This document shows, in pieces, positions 9,914-19,796 of a stretch of 64,000 nucleotides of DNA. The stretch lies in NCBI GenBank assembly GCA_964565405.1, contig CAZMEW010000002.1, positions 20,918 to 84,917 of the forward strand, in the 5' to 3' direction. This DNA is from an uncultured Gammaproteobacteria bacterium (GTDB lineage Bacteria; Patescibacteriota; Patescibacteriia; Magasanikbacterales; UBA922). Position 1 is the stretch's first letter. The number at the start of each line of letters is the position of its first letter. The notes beneath the pieces are model-generated. The model searched no databases. It was not told the origin of the DNA and was given only the letters and a program-made list of their open reading frames with translations. The translations under genes were made by a program, and so were the position numbers.

Positions 9914-9941
9914 TGACAAAATTAAAATCTACTGCTATAGT
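9914..9941 (+). promoter_or_regulatory. sigma70-like promoter for the rpsF operon (TTGACA-16bp-TATAGT)
   Basis: TTGACA at 9914-9919 and TATAGT at 9936-9941. Confidence 0.45.
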
Positions 9942-10016
9942 ATGCGCGGTCGTTTAATTGGTGTTACGAGTATCTAAAATTATTTAATTTAACGTGTATT
10001 TGAAAGGTAAAAAGTT

Positions 10017-10547
10017 ATGAAAAAGTACGAGATATTGTGTGTGCTTCCAGGAACGCTCGCTGAAAGCGAAGTGTCCCCAATAGCTACACAAATCGAAGAA
10101 CAAATCAAAGCGCATGGTGCTGAAGAAGTCACCAAGAATGATTTAGGAAAAAGCAGACTCGCATATCCGATAGAGCATATCCGATATGGGTATTTTGAGT
10201 TTTTTACCGCGCTCATTGCGCCAGAAAAGGTACAAGCTCTTGAACGAGGAATCAGACTTCTCGGTGGCATTCTCCGGGTAAGTATCCAGGTGTATAACCC
10301 AAAACAGAAAGCTGCAATTTCTCTTGCTCTTGATCCAACAGCACTCAGCGCTCCTCAGAAAAGTGAAGAGGGTGGAAAGCCAGCTCGATCAAGCGAGCGC
10401 GGTTCATTCAGAAAAGAAGTTAAAGAACGCACTGAAGTAGCGGTACCTGAAGAGACAAAAGAGAAGGTCGTGGCTCCAAGCCTCAATCTAGAAAATATTG
10501 GAGAAAAACTTGATGAGATATTGCAGAAAGATATTGATAATGTATAA
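10017..10547 (+). CDS. rpsF: 30S ribosomal protein S6 with an extended charged C-terminus
   Basis: YEILCVL...SRLAYPIEHIRYGYF, in the conserved rpsF-ssb-rpsR gene order. Confidence 0.85.
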   Translation: MKKYEILCVLPGTLAESEVSPIATQIEEQIKAHGAEEVTKNDLGKSRLAYPIEHIRYGYFEFFTALIAPEKVQALERGIRLLGGILRVSIQVYNPKQKAAISLALDPTALSAPQKSEEGGKPARSSERGSFRKEVKERTEVAVPEETKEKVVAPSLNLENIGEKLDEILQKDIDNV

Positions 10548-10619
10548 TGGCAATATTATTCATATACTGCGTCTGCCTGACGTAAAGGGGGGTATGCGCA
10601 ATAACTAAATAAAGCTCAT

Positions 10620-11069
10620 ATGGATCTCAATCGAGCAATGATCCTGGGTCGTCTTACTCGAGACCCTGAGGTCAAAAGTACGCCTTCAGGGCAAAGTGTG
10701 GCAAATATCGGCGTTGCAACGAGTCGTGTCTGGAAGGACGCAGGCGGTACACGCCAGGAACGTCCCGAATATCACAATGTGGTATTGTGGGGGAAACTTG
10801 CGGATATTGCTGGTCAGTACTTGGGGAAAGGACGCCGCGTGTACATCGAAGGGCGACTTGAAACCCGAGATTGGACAGGGCAAGATGGAGTAAAGCGATA
10901 TCGGACTGAAATTATCGCAGAGAACCTAATCATGCTTGACGCTCCACGAGGAGGAAATGCATCGGGAGAAAACTTTGGAAGTTCACGAGATGAAGACCGA
11001 AGCCATACAGCCGCACCTTCAACGGCTGCGCCAGATGACGAGATAAAAGTAGAAGATATTCCGTTTTAA
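10620..11069 (+). CDS. ssb: single-stranded DNA-binding protein
   Basis: OB-fold N-terminus and an acidic C-terminal tail ending DDEIKVEDIPF. Confidence 0.9.
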   Translation: MDLNRAMILGRLTRDPEVKSTPSGQSVANIGVATSRVWKDAGGTRQERPEYHNVVLWGKLADIAGQYLGKGRRVYIEGRLETRDWTGQDGVKRYRTEIIAENLIMLDAPRGGNASGENFGSSRDEDRSHTAAPSTAAPDDEIKVEDIPF

Positions 11070-11084
11070 ATCATGAATTAATGT

Positions 11085-11318
11085 ATGAAAACAGTGAAGA
11101 ATCAAACGCAGAAAAAACAAAAACAATGTTATTTCTGTATCAATAAAGAAAAGCAAATCGATTATAAGGACAATGAAGGGTTGAGACGTTTCACCTCTTC
11201 ATATATGAAGATACAACCTCGAAGACGCAGTGGACTCTGTGCCAAACATCAGCGACATATTGCGAGAGCTATCAAGCAGGCTCGTATCGCAGGACTGCTC
11301 GCTTTTGTACCAAAATAA
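11085..11318 (+). CDS. rpsR: 30S ribosomal protein S18
   Basis: CYFC...DYKD...LRRF...KHQR, typical of bS18. Confidence 0.85.
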   Translation: MKTVKNQTQKKQKQCYFCINKEKQIDYKDNEGLRRFTSSYMKIQPRRRSGLCAKHQRHIARAIKQARIAGLLAFVPK

Positions 11319-11335
11319 ATTTTTTCGAACACAGA

Positions 11336-11372
11336 TAAAAAACATCCGAGTATATCGGATGTTTTTTATTGT
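11336..11372 (+). terminator. rho-independent terminator
   Basis: CATCCGA(gtatat)CGGATG hairpin followed by TTTTTT. Confidence 0.6.
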
Positions 11373-11478
11373 AGATTAATAATAATCAAAATATGGTATA
11401 CTATTAAAAATAAAATTGTACAAAAACTTGTTGATATTAAAACAAAATTCAGAGCCAACAAAAGATAATATTTTTTGA

Positions 11479-13251
11479 ATGAGAAGAATAGTAAGAAACA
11501 CAGGGTTTACTCTGATTGAAGCCGTAATCGCAATCGGTATTTTTGCTATTTTTGTGACGGGAATCTACGGGAGTATACAACTGAGTTTTTCATTGGTTTA
11601 CCATTCTCGTGTGAGGATTCTGGGTACAGCCCTTTTAAACGAACAAATGGAGATTGTACATAACGCACCGTTTGATAGTATCGGTATTGTCAATGGGAGT
11701 CCTGCGGGTATATTCGAGTATGTGACAACCACCGAGAGAAATGGAGTAAAATTTGAAATTACACGCACGATACGTAATGTTGATGATCCATTTGATGGCA
11801 CCATTGGAGGTTCTCCTGCAGATACAGCGCCAAATGACTATAAATTTGTACAAATTGAAGTACGGTGTACCTCTTGTGGACAGGTACAACCGCTTTCAAT
11901 GTACACCTACATTGCCCCCAAATATTTGGAAGGAAATCTTAATCATGGAGCACTGTTTGTGCATGTAATAGACGCATATGGCGCTGCAGTATCAAATGCG
12001 TCTGTTACTATAATTGCAACCAGTACAAATCCTACATACAATTTTACCGATACGACTGATGTAAATGGTTATTTGCGTATTTATGATCTGGCAACTGGGA
12101 CCGCAAAATATTTTATACAGACTACGAAGAGTGGTTATACCGTGGATAGGACATACGCACCTAGCTCCACGAATCCGAATCCGAGTACTCCTCATATCAC
12201 TATTATTAAGCAGGCCGTTAGTAATTTGACTCTAACGATTGATCAGACTTCAACACTATCACTCACTACAAAAAATAATCAGTGTACGCCAGTAGCTGGA
12301 GTGCCAGTCCAGATAAAAGGAAGTAGACTTATCGGGACAAACCCGAGCGTATATCTAATAAATGAAAATTACACAACAAATGTACTAGGACAAACCGGTA
12401 TACTGGATGTGCCGTGGGATAGTTATGGTATGAGTGTTACGGGCTATGACTTGATTGGGACAATTCCTGATGTGCCGATGTCCATCCTACCTGGATCGTC
12501 GCAAGTTGGTGATTTGATTATAGGACCAAATACCACCCGATCACTAGTGGTAATGGCAAAAAATCAGGGGGCTCCAATCGCTGGAGCAACAGTAACGATA
12601 ACTGGGCCAAATAATTTTTCATTGATACAGAAAACCGGGGTTGGAAGTATTGCGCAAACCGATTGGTCACTCGGACCAGATAACGATGTATTTGGAGCAG
12701 GGCAGGGGTATAGTAGTGGAAGTGGTGTGGATCCATATACGAGTGCAGGAAATGTGACACTTGCAAAGAATGGTAGTGTGTATGTATCAAGTGGTTATCT
12801 TGAGTCTTCAACGATTGATACAGGTGAGAATCCACACTATGTTATATGGTCATGGAATCCTATCGCACAATCACCCTCGACAACGCTTCGTGTGCAGATT
12901 GCTACTAGTCCTTCGAGTACGGGACAAACGTGGAATTTTGTAGGACCCGATGGTACAAGTGCAACATATTTTACCGAAAACGACGTGACCATTTCTGGTG
13001 AACATGAGGGTGAGCAGTATATGAGATATCGAGTGTATCTTGATACGATCGATTCTTCCGTATCGCCGGTACTCTCTGATTTGACTCTTGTATACACAAA
13101 TGCGTGTACTCCTCCAGGCCAGGTATATGCTGGTGGGTTAGCAGCAGGACAATACACGGTTCACATACATGCTGATGGCTTCCAGGATCATGAAGATACA
13201 CTCGATGTAACGGGAGACCATTTCATAATAGCCGACCTAACTGCACTATGA
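11479..13251 (+). CDS. large prepilin-type (class III signal) minor pilin / pseudopilin, 590 aa, possible tip adhesin
   Basis: N-terminus NTGFTLIEAVIAIGIFAI fits the prepilin peptidase motif G/FTLIE. There is a long beta-rich ectodomain containing a CarboxypepD_reg-like segment. Confidence 0.7.
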   Translation: MRRIVRNTGFTLIEAVIAIGIFAIFVTGIYGSIQLSFSLVYHSRVRILGTALLNEQMEIVHNAPFDSIGIVNGSPAGIFEYVTTTERNGVKFEITRTIRNVDDPFDGTIGGSPADTAPNDYKFVQIEVRCTSCGQVQPLSMYTYIAPKYLEGNLNHGALFVHVIDAYGAAVSNASVTIIATSTNPTYNFTDTTDVNGYLRIYDLATGTAKYFIQTTKSGYTVDRTYAPSSTNPNPSTPHITIIKQAVSNLTLTIDQTSTLSLTTKNNQCTPVAGVPVQIKGSRLIGTNPSVYLINENYTTNVLGQTGILDVPWDSYGMSVTGYDLIGTIPDVPMSILPGSSQVGDLIIGPNTTRSLVVMAKNQGAPIAGATVTITGPNNFSLIQKTGVGSIAQTDWSLGPDNDVFGAGQGYSSGSGVDPYTSAGNVTLAKNGSVYVSSGYLESSTIDTGENPHYVIWSWNPIAQSPSTTLRVQIATSPSSTGQTWNFVGPDGTSATYFTENDVTISGEHEGEQYMRYRVYLDTIDSSVSPVLSDLTLVYTNACTPPGQVYAGGLAAGQYTVHIHADGFQDHEDTLDVTGDHFIIADLTAL

Positions 13252-13871
13252 AATTTTTTATACAAAAAATTAGTGGTATAAGGGGTGCGTCATTGTTGGA
13301 AGCAGTTGTAGTATTAGGTATAACGACCATTGTCACATTGGCCGCAACATCTTTTATTATTTTGAGTTTTCGAAATCAGCGTGTAATCAATGATCAGCTA
13401 TTTGGACAAAAGGAAGCGCGGCGAATTGTAGCTGAAATTGTGAATACTGCACGCACCGCCGAATCATCAAGCATCGGTTCATATGCAATTGCAGAGGCGA
13501 CTACCTCATCGTTAACCATTTATGCAAACATCGATACGGATAGTTTGCGTGAACGAGTACATTATTGGGTTTCAGGCACTGATCTCAAGCGGGGTATTTT
13601 GAAACCCAGTGGTAATCCACTTGCATATACAGGCGCTGAGCAGGTAACTGTATTGGCACATGATGTACAGAATATCTCTCGAGGAATTGCAACGTTTCAG
13701 TATTTTACTGAAAGCTACACAGGAAGCGGATCGGCAATGACGGTACCCATTACGATTCCAAATGTGCGTATGATAAAAGTGATGGTTGAAATCGAGAAAG
13801 ATGTTACCAAGAGTCCGGTTCCCTTGCGAGTTGAGTCGTTAATTCATATACGGAATCTGAAGACCAATTAG
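13248..13871 (+). CDS. prepilin-type minor pilin
   Basis: N-terminus IRGASLLEAVVVLGITTIV (class III-like). ATGA overlap with the upstream gene. Confidence 0.6.
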   Translation: MKFFIQKISGIRGASLLEAVVVLGITTIVTLAATSFIILSFRNQRVINDQLFGQKEARRIVAEIVNTARTAESSSIGSYAIAEATTSSLTIYANIDTDSLRERVHYWVSGTDLKRGILKPSGNPLAYTGAEQVTVLAHDVQNISRGIATFQYFTESYTGSGSAMTVPITIPNVRMIKVMVEIEKDVTKSPVPLRVESLIHIRNLKTN

Positions 13872-13875
13872 TATT

Positions 13876-15279
13876 ATGATGAAAAGTCATCTAGAAAGAA
13901 GAAAATATCCGGGCAATACACTACTCATTGTAATGGTATTCGGTACCGTAGCATTCGTATTAATGGTACTTGGTGTCTTAAGTTATGCACTTTTTGAACA
14001 TAAAATTTCAATGGAAGTCTATCGTCGTGATGTAGCCTTTCACATTGGTGAAGCAGGGATAAATTATTATCGCTGGCACCTGGCGCACAATCCAACTGAT
14101 TTTGCTGATGGCACAGGACAAGTCGGACAGACGTATACACACACACTGACAGATAAATTTGACGTTCCAGTTGGAACCTATGCAATCGGTATCTCATCCC
14201 CATTACCAAATTCCTCAGTTATCGCGGTCGCGTCTACTGGGACAGTACTTTCTTCCCCTAATGCAAATCGAACGCTCAAGGTCCGTCTGGGTTTTCCATC
14301 ATTCACAGATAGTGCATTCATTGAAAATGTAGATATGGAATTTAGTGCAACAACACAGGTGCACGGTGATGTAATGTCAAACGGCGGCATACGTTTTGAT
14401 GGGATAACCGATTCCTGGCTCAGGAGTGCGAAAACCACTTACAATTATCAAGGAGTAACCAAAAACGGCATATGGGGAATTGGAGGGCCGACATATTATT
14501 GGCAATTTCCCGTTCCTACTGCCGATTTTGCTTCAGTGTCTGCAGATCTTGCTGAAGTCAAAGCTGCAGCACAGAGCGGTGGAAAATATTTACTCTCTTC
14601 AGGAAAAGAAGGATATCAAATCGTATTTAATAATACACAATATACGGTGTATAAGGTAAATACGAGAGATTGTTATTATGGTGAAGGATCGTGGAGGCGA
14701 AATTGGCAAGGATGGTATTGGAATGGAACAACCTATTGTTATGATGTGGGAACCCGATCCTTAGTCGGAACGTATACACTCCCAGCGAATGGGACGATGT
14801 TTATTGAGGATAATACCTGGCTTGAGGGAACAGTAGATGGGCGTATCACCATTGGGGTGGGGAATTTTCCAGTACCATCGGATTATAAAGAGGTATTTAT
14901 TTCAAATAATCTACTACAAAAACAAAAATCAAGTGACGATGTTATTGGCATTATAGCGCAAGGTGACATCATCATACCCTACGAAGCTCCAAGTACAATG
15001 GAGGTTGATGCAGCCGCGCTCTCACAGTATGCAAAGATTTTTACTCCTTATTATAATCCGAATGAACATGCGGGAGCTCTCAAGAATTCTCTCACTTTCT
15101 TTGGTTCACAAATTTCTTACTCAGGTGGGGGATGGAAATATGTCACGGGACAAGGAACTGTAGTATCAGGATATTATAATACCAATCATGTGTATGATGG
15201 GAATTTGAAATATTATCCACCACCAGGGTTTCCTGTTGGATCAACATATGAATTGATCAGTTGGGAAGAAGTGAAGTAG
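13876..15279 (+). CDS. hypothetical pilus-associated protein (PilX-like position), N-terminal membrane anchor
   Basis: Hydrophobic N-terminus without an E+5 residue. It is co-operonic with the minor pilins. Confidence 0.45.
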   Translation: MMKSHLERRKYPGNTLLIVMVFGTVAFVLMVLGVLSYALFEHKISMEVYRRDVAFHIGEAGINYYRWHLAHNPTDFADGTGQVGQTYTHTLTDKFDVPVGTYAIGISSPLPNSSVIAVASTGTVLSSPNANRTLKVRLGFPSFTDSAFIENVDMEFSATTQVHGDVMSNGGIRFDGITDSWLRSAKTTYNYQGVTKNGIWGIGGPTYYWQFPVPTADFASVSADLAEVKAAAQSGGKYLLSSGKEGYQIVFNNTQYTVYKVNTRDCYYGEGSWRRNWQGWYWNGTTYCYDVGTRSLVGTYTLPANGTMFIEDNTWLEGTVDGRITIGVGNFPVPSDYKEVFISNNLLQKQKSSDDVIGIIAQGDIIIPYEAPSTMEVDAAALSQYAKIFTPYYNPNEHAGALKNSLTFFGSQISYSGGGWKYVTGQGTVVSGYYNTNHVYDGNLKYYPPPGFPVGSTYELISWEEVK

Positions 15280-15332
15280 GAGAAAGTAAAATTACTGTTA
15301 CTTTTCAATTTTTATTTTTCATTTACCTTCAC

Positions 15333-15345
15333 ATTGTGTTATACT
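15333..15345 (+). promoter_or_regulatory. extended -10 promoter element (TGTTATACT)
   Basis: TGn-TATACT upstream of galU. Confidence 0.35.
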
Positions 15346-15385
15346 ATTGTGTAATCGTATCGTTTATTTTTCCTCAAAATATTCT

Positions 15386-16225
15386 ATGAATAGAGTAAAG
15401 AAAGGAGTAATCATCGTGGCAGGACTTGGGACGAGGTTTTTACCTGCAACCAAATCAATGCCTAAGGAGATGTTGCCAGTTCTTGATAAACCAGTAGTTC
15501 AATATATTGTTGAGGAAATGGTCGCGAGTGGAATCACTGAAATAATTTTTGTAACCAGCTCGCAAAAGCGTGCAATTGAGGATCATTTTGATCGTGACCG
15601 TGACTTCGAGGCGTATCTTGAGAGTCAAGGAAAACTAGATCGAATTCAATCACTGATTGACCTAAGCACAAAAGTACGGTTTTTTTATACCAGACAGGCA
15701 GAGCCTCTGGGAAATGGACATGCATTACTCTGTGCACGTGAGTTTATCGGGAAGGAATCGTTCGCGTTTTCAGATGGAGATAGTATTATTGATGCGGGTA
15801 CGCCTGTAGTAGCACAACTCTTGGAAATGTTCTATAAGAAAAAAGCTTCAGTAATTGGGGTGCAGAAAATACAAGATCAGGAAGCCATGTCAAAAAAATA
15901 TGGAAATGTATATGGAAAATCAGTCGGGAAAGGAATATACCGTGTAAGCGAATTTCGAGAAAAACCACCGATCAATGAAGTTTCTCCGTTGGGTCTTATT
16001 GTTGGAGGAATGAGATATGTATTCACCGAAGATATTTGGCCCATGCTTGAGGCTCAGGGCAAGGGTCGGGATGGGGAAATTTGGCTCTCCGATGCCGCAA
16101 ATATGCTGGCTAAGAAAAAAAAGTTCTTTGCGTATGAATATGAGGGCGAATATTTTGATACAGGAAATCCACTTGCACTGCTTAAAACTGCGATTCATTT
16201 TGCAGAAAAACAAGGATTGCTTTGA
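15386..16225 (+). CDS. galU: UTP-glucose-1-phosphate uridylyltransferase
   Basis: GVIIVAGLGTRFLPATKSMPKEMLPV...; start chosen at MNRVKKG. Confidence 0.85.
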   Translation: MNRVKKGVIIVAGLGTRFLPATKSMPKEMLPVLDKPVVQYIVEEMVASGITEIIFVTSSQKRAIEDHFDRDRDFEAYLESQGKLDRIQSLIDLSTKVRFFYTRQAEPLGNGHALLCAREFIGKESFAFSDGDSIIDAGTPVVAQLLEMFYKKKASVIGVQKIQDQEAMSKKYGNVYGKSVGKGIYRVSEFREKPPINEVSPLGLIVGGMRYVFTEDIWPMLEAQGKGRDGEIWLSDAANMLAKKKKFFAYEYEGEYFDTGNPLALLKTAIHFAEKQGLL

Positions 16226-16237
16226 GAATTTGAAACT

Positions 16238-16945
16238 ATGGCGCACCATTTTAAAAAAACCCAAAAAACATTATTTTTTACCCTGGTTATAGCAGCGATA
16301 ATATTCGGTAATGCACCATCGGTATTTAGTATGGGGTCTGGTGACGGAAATGGTGGATCAGCACAGCAGCCAGCTGATCAGCAAGGACCTTCTGGAAATG
16401 GGGTATCAGGAACTCAGAGTTGTGGAACGACTGCAGACTGTGAGCAGGGACAAGCTTGTGTGAATAATGTCTGTGTTGCGAGTAGTCAAAATTCTAATAC
16501 GGGTGATCAGAGCTTAGAAGCAAGTGGAAGTTGTAAGGAAGATACAGATTGTGCAGACGGACAGACATGCAAAAATTACTCCTGTGTTGGTCCAACAGGT
16601 TCAGGTACGAGTAATACAAGTGGGGTAGGGAATAATAATGGGGATGGTGGGGCCACAAGTCCGGCAGGTTTAGAAAAGCTTCGCGGATTTACCAAAGACT
16701 TGAACAAGCTAAAAGTGGGAAGTGCCCAGGAATTGATGGGAGTATTAATTAGAGGATTGATGGGTATACTCGGAACTATCGCATTAATCATGATGCTCTA
16801 TGGAGGTATACTCTGGATGACTGCTAGAGGGAATTCAGAAAGCACATCAAAAGCGAGAGATACCATCCTCTGGGCAGGATTGGGAATTGTGGTGATTTTT
16901 GCAAGCTACGCGTTAGTAAACTTTGTGTTTGAAATTTTTAGATAA
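16238..16945 (+). CDS. TrbC/VirB2-like T4SS-pilin-family protein, paralog 1 (Cys-rich ectodomain)
   Basis: Signal peptide, a repeated Cys-rich module (C..DC..GQ.C.N..C), and a C-terminal LMGILGTIALIMMLYGGILWMTARGNSE...AGLGIVVIFASYALVNF two-helix domain. Confidence 0.7.
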   Translation: MAHHFKKTQKTLFFTLVIAAIIFGNAPSVFSMGSGDGNGGSAQQPADQQGPSGNGVSGTQSCGTTADCEQGQACVNNVCVASSQNSNTGDQSLEASGSCKEDTDCADGQTCKNYSCVGPTGSGTSNTSGVGNNNGDGGATSPAGLEKLRGFTKDLNKLKVGSAQELMGVLIRGLMGILGTIALIMMLYGGILWMTARGNSESTSKARDTILWAGLGIVVIFASYALVNFVFEIFR

Positions 16946-17019
16946 CAGTGATTTGTTGGTTATTTTATTATCTGGTTTGTCGTATAAGTAGAACCAGTGA
17001 ATGAAATAACTAGAAAACT

Positions 17020-18405
17020 ATGAAAAACAGAAAGTACTCACTTGTTTTTTCAATCATACTAACCATAGTAATGGTTTTTTCTGGTTTTGGCTGTAAATCC
17101 TTAACCCAGCAAGAGCAGGCCGCGGTACGTCCTGTAACACTCAATTATTGGACAGTATTCAATGATGTTGAGGAATTGAAAAAATACGCAGCCGAATACA
17201 AGCTGATGCGCCCTCAGGTAACAATCAATATACGACAAGTACGGTATGAAGAGTTTGATCGATTGTTTACAAATGCACTCGCGGATGATGTGGGCCCAGA
17301 TATCGTTTCTATGCATGTCAGATGGCTCCGAAAAAATCAGGCACGCCTATCTCCCGCACCTTCAAGCGTACAGGTCTCACGTCTTGTCCTCAAAAATAAA
17401 TATACGAAGGAACAAGAGGTAGTGGTGGATACCATTCCTCTCCCAAAAGAAAAGGATATTCGGAGTGAATACGTGAAGTCAGTGCAAGAAGATGTGATTA
17501 TCGGGGGTAAAATTTATGGTCTACCTCTTGCGTTTGATTCTCTCGCATTGTTTTATAATCAAACACTTCTTGACCGGGGAGGAATTGCCGAACCACCGAA
17601 GACATGGGAAGAATTTGTAACCGCAGTACAAAAAACCACTCGATTCAGTTCAGCATTGGATATTACACAGTCTGGAGTTGCGTTGGGAACTGCTGCTAAT
17701 ATTGATAATTTTTTTGATATCATATCGTTGTTCATGCTCCAAAGTGGTGTTACGCCAGTGAGTAATGGGAGAATTACTTTCGCGAATGGTGTAGACAGAT
17801 CTCAGGATCGATCCGTGCCTGTGCTTCAGGCACTTGATTTCTATACCGGATTTGCAAAACCAACCGCTGATCGATATAGCTGGAATGAGCGGATGCAAAA
17901 CGCCTTTGATGAGTTCGTTCGAGGGAAAACAACTTTTTTTCTCGGCTTTGCATATGATTATCCGAGAATTAAGGGGAGAGCTCCACAGCTAAATATCCAG
18001 ATTGCACCTATTCCACAACTGAATCCAGGGAGCCCCTCGAATGTTGCAAATTATTGGGTAGAGTCAGTTGTAAAAAAATCAAAATATCAGAATGAAGCAT
18101 GGGATTTTGTGCGATTCATTACTTCAAAAGAAAAAGTTAAGACTTATACCGCATCAACCTTCCGCCCGAGTCCATATCGCGAGCAGGTGAGTGAACAACA
18201 AAAAGATGAGAAGATGGGCCCATTTGCGACCCAGGCATTGTTTGCGGACAATTGGTACCGTGGCCGTGAAAGTGATTTGGCGGTAACCGCAATGGAAGAT
18301 ATGATAACGGCGTTCTTGCGGCCAGGGAATACTGAAGAAGAAACACTAAAGAAAGATAAAGCAATAATTCTCAATACAGCGGCGAAGATTCAGCAAACGT
18401 ACTAA
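17020..18405 (+). CDS. extracellular solute-binding protein (ABC SBP family 1) lipoprotein, orphan
   Basis: Lipobox SGFGC and a MalE-like SBP fold. No permease or ATPase gene is nearby. Confidence 0.7.
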   Translation: MKNRKYSLVFSIILTIVMVFSGFGCKSLTQQEQAAVRPVTLNYWTVFNDVEELKKYAAEYKLMRPQVTINIRQVRYEEFDRLFTNALADDVGPDIVSMHVRWLRKNQARLSPAPSSVQVSRLVLKNKYTKEQEVVVDTIPLPKEKDIRSEYVKSVQEDVIIGGKIYGLPLAFDSLALFYNQTLLDRGGIAEPPKTWEEFVTAVQKTTRFSSALDITQSGVALGTAANIDNFFDIISLFMLQSGVTPVSNGRITFANGVDRSQDRSVPVLQALDFYTGFAKPTADRYSWNERMQNAFDEFVRGKTTFFLGFAYDYPRIKGRAPQLNIQIAPIPQLNPGSPSNVANYWVESVVKKSKYQNEAWDFVRFITSKEKVKTYTASTFRPSPYREQVSEQQKDEKMGPFATQALFADNWYRGRESDLAVTAMEDMITAFLRPGNTEEETLKKDKAIILNTAAKIQQTY

Positions 18406-18411
18406 ATAGTT

Positions 18412-19770
18412 ATGAGCAGTTTCAATATAAAATTCTTTGTAATCGCATTGGGAATTGCAATCGGATTTTTTTTGCTACCAGAACAAGTATCAGCTGCAAT
18501 AAGTTGGAATACGAGTGCTTCCTTTAAAACACCTGAAACATTACCAAACGCGGAAGCTAGCGCGACATGTTCACAATTTCATGACACAATACCGGTAACA
18601 GCAAATGAACCGCGAGCATATAATATAGGAGTTAGTGGTGCCACGGAAGACCCAGTGATCACATGTTTAAATTGTGGGCCGAACGCCTCTATTTCACCGG
18701 GAATATTACCAGGTTTGGGGAAATACGCGACACTTACATGGAATATTCAGAATGAAGTTGTGGCTAAGTGGGACTGGACGTATATTAAAGTAGCAGCTCA
18801 AGTGGGCGGGGAAAAAATCTATGGAGCAATTTGTATTAAAGTAGAACCGCGATACTCAAACATCCAAGTATGGACAGATAATGTCATTCCCTTAAGAACC
18901 GCCGCTCCTTCAATGTGTGAAGACAGTAAATTAATGGGTGAAGTCAAAGTTGGTGAAAATAAAAAAATATCGTTTGAAACAAAACTTAGCAGTACAGTAT
19001 CACCAGGAAGCACCGGGGATAAAACCTTTACTTGTATTGATTGCAAAGGAAATACGACGTATAAAAAAAATAGTGACACCTCGGCAACTCTTGAGTGGGA
19101 CACAACAGGGGTTGATCTAACAAAGTTTGGAAGCTATGCAATGTGGAGAGTCATTGTAAGTCGGACAGAAAACCAGGCTCAATTACAATTCGGATTAGCG
19201 TGTGTAAAAATTATAGGACGATGTGCAAAAACCGATGCCACTTCTTGTAAGGGTGAAACAGGATGTGTGTGGTTACCTGCGGGGAAATGTGTTTCAAATG
19301 ATGATGTGAGTGTTAAATGTTCAGAAATAAGTGACCGGAATGTATGCGTATCTTTACTACATTGTAGATTCGAAGAGAATAGCAAGACTTGTTTATTAAA
19401 AAGCCAGGTAAATGTTGCGGAAGCAATAGATGCGCAAATAGCACAGACACATGGCATGCCTGCGGGGTACACAGGTCCCCTGCCCCCCTGTGCGTTTACC
19501 GGCACTTGTAATAGTGTTGAAGATTTGGTTCAGCTTGGAGTGAATGTGGCGAACTGGCTATTCGGCATAATCGCCGGGTTAGGATTCGCATTTTTTGTGT
19601 ATGGAGGACTGACCATGATATTGTCTTTTGGAAATGCGGAGAAAGTAAGCAGTGGAAAACAAATTCTCGTTGCCGCTGCCATTGGGATGATCATTGCGTT
19701 TTCCGCGTACGTGCTCATAAGTTTTGTTGTCAAGGCAATTGGGATTAATCCGAATTTGGTACCGTTTTAA
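18412..19770 (+). CDS. TrbC/VirB2-like pilin-family protein, paralog 2 (452 aa, Cys-rich)
   Basis: C-terminal VANWLFGIIAGLGFAFFVYGGLTMILSFGNAEK...AAAIGMIIAFSAYVLISF. Confidence 0.65.
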   Translation: MSSFNIKFFVIALGIAIGFFLLPEQVSAAISWNTSASFKTPETLPNAEASATCSQFHDTIPVTANEPRAYNIGVSGATEDPVITCLNCGPNASISPGILPGLGKYATLTWNIQNEVVAKWDWTYIKVAAQVGGEKIYGAICIKVEPRYSNIQVWTDNVIPLRTAAPSMCEDSKLMGEVKVGENKKISFETKLSSTVSPGSTGDKTFTCIDCKGNTTYKKNSDTSATLEWDTTGVDLTKFGSYAMWRVIVSRTENQAQLQFGLACVKIIGRCAKTDATSCKGETGCVWLPAGKCVSNDDVSVKCSEISDRNVCVSLLHCRFEENSKTCLLKSQVNVAEAIDAQIAQTHGMPAGYTGPLPPCAFTGTCNSVEDLVQLGVNVANWLFGIIAGLGFAFFVYGGLTMILSFGNAEKVSSGKQILVAAAIGMIIAFSAYVLISFVVKAIGINPNLVPF

Positions 19771-19796
19771 TTTGAGAACAACTTTACATTAGTGCT

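Noticed and set aside
11598-13201. Multiple antisense ORFs inside the 590-aa minor pilin gene
   Set aside because: The plus-strand ORF has a canonical prepilin signal and is continuous for 1.7 kb. The antisense frames are short and Cys/His-rich artefacts.
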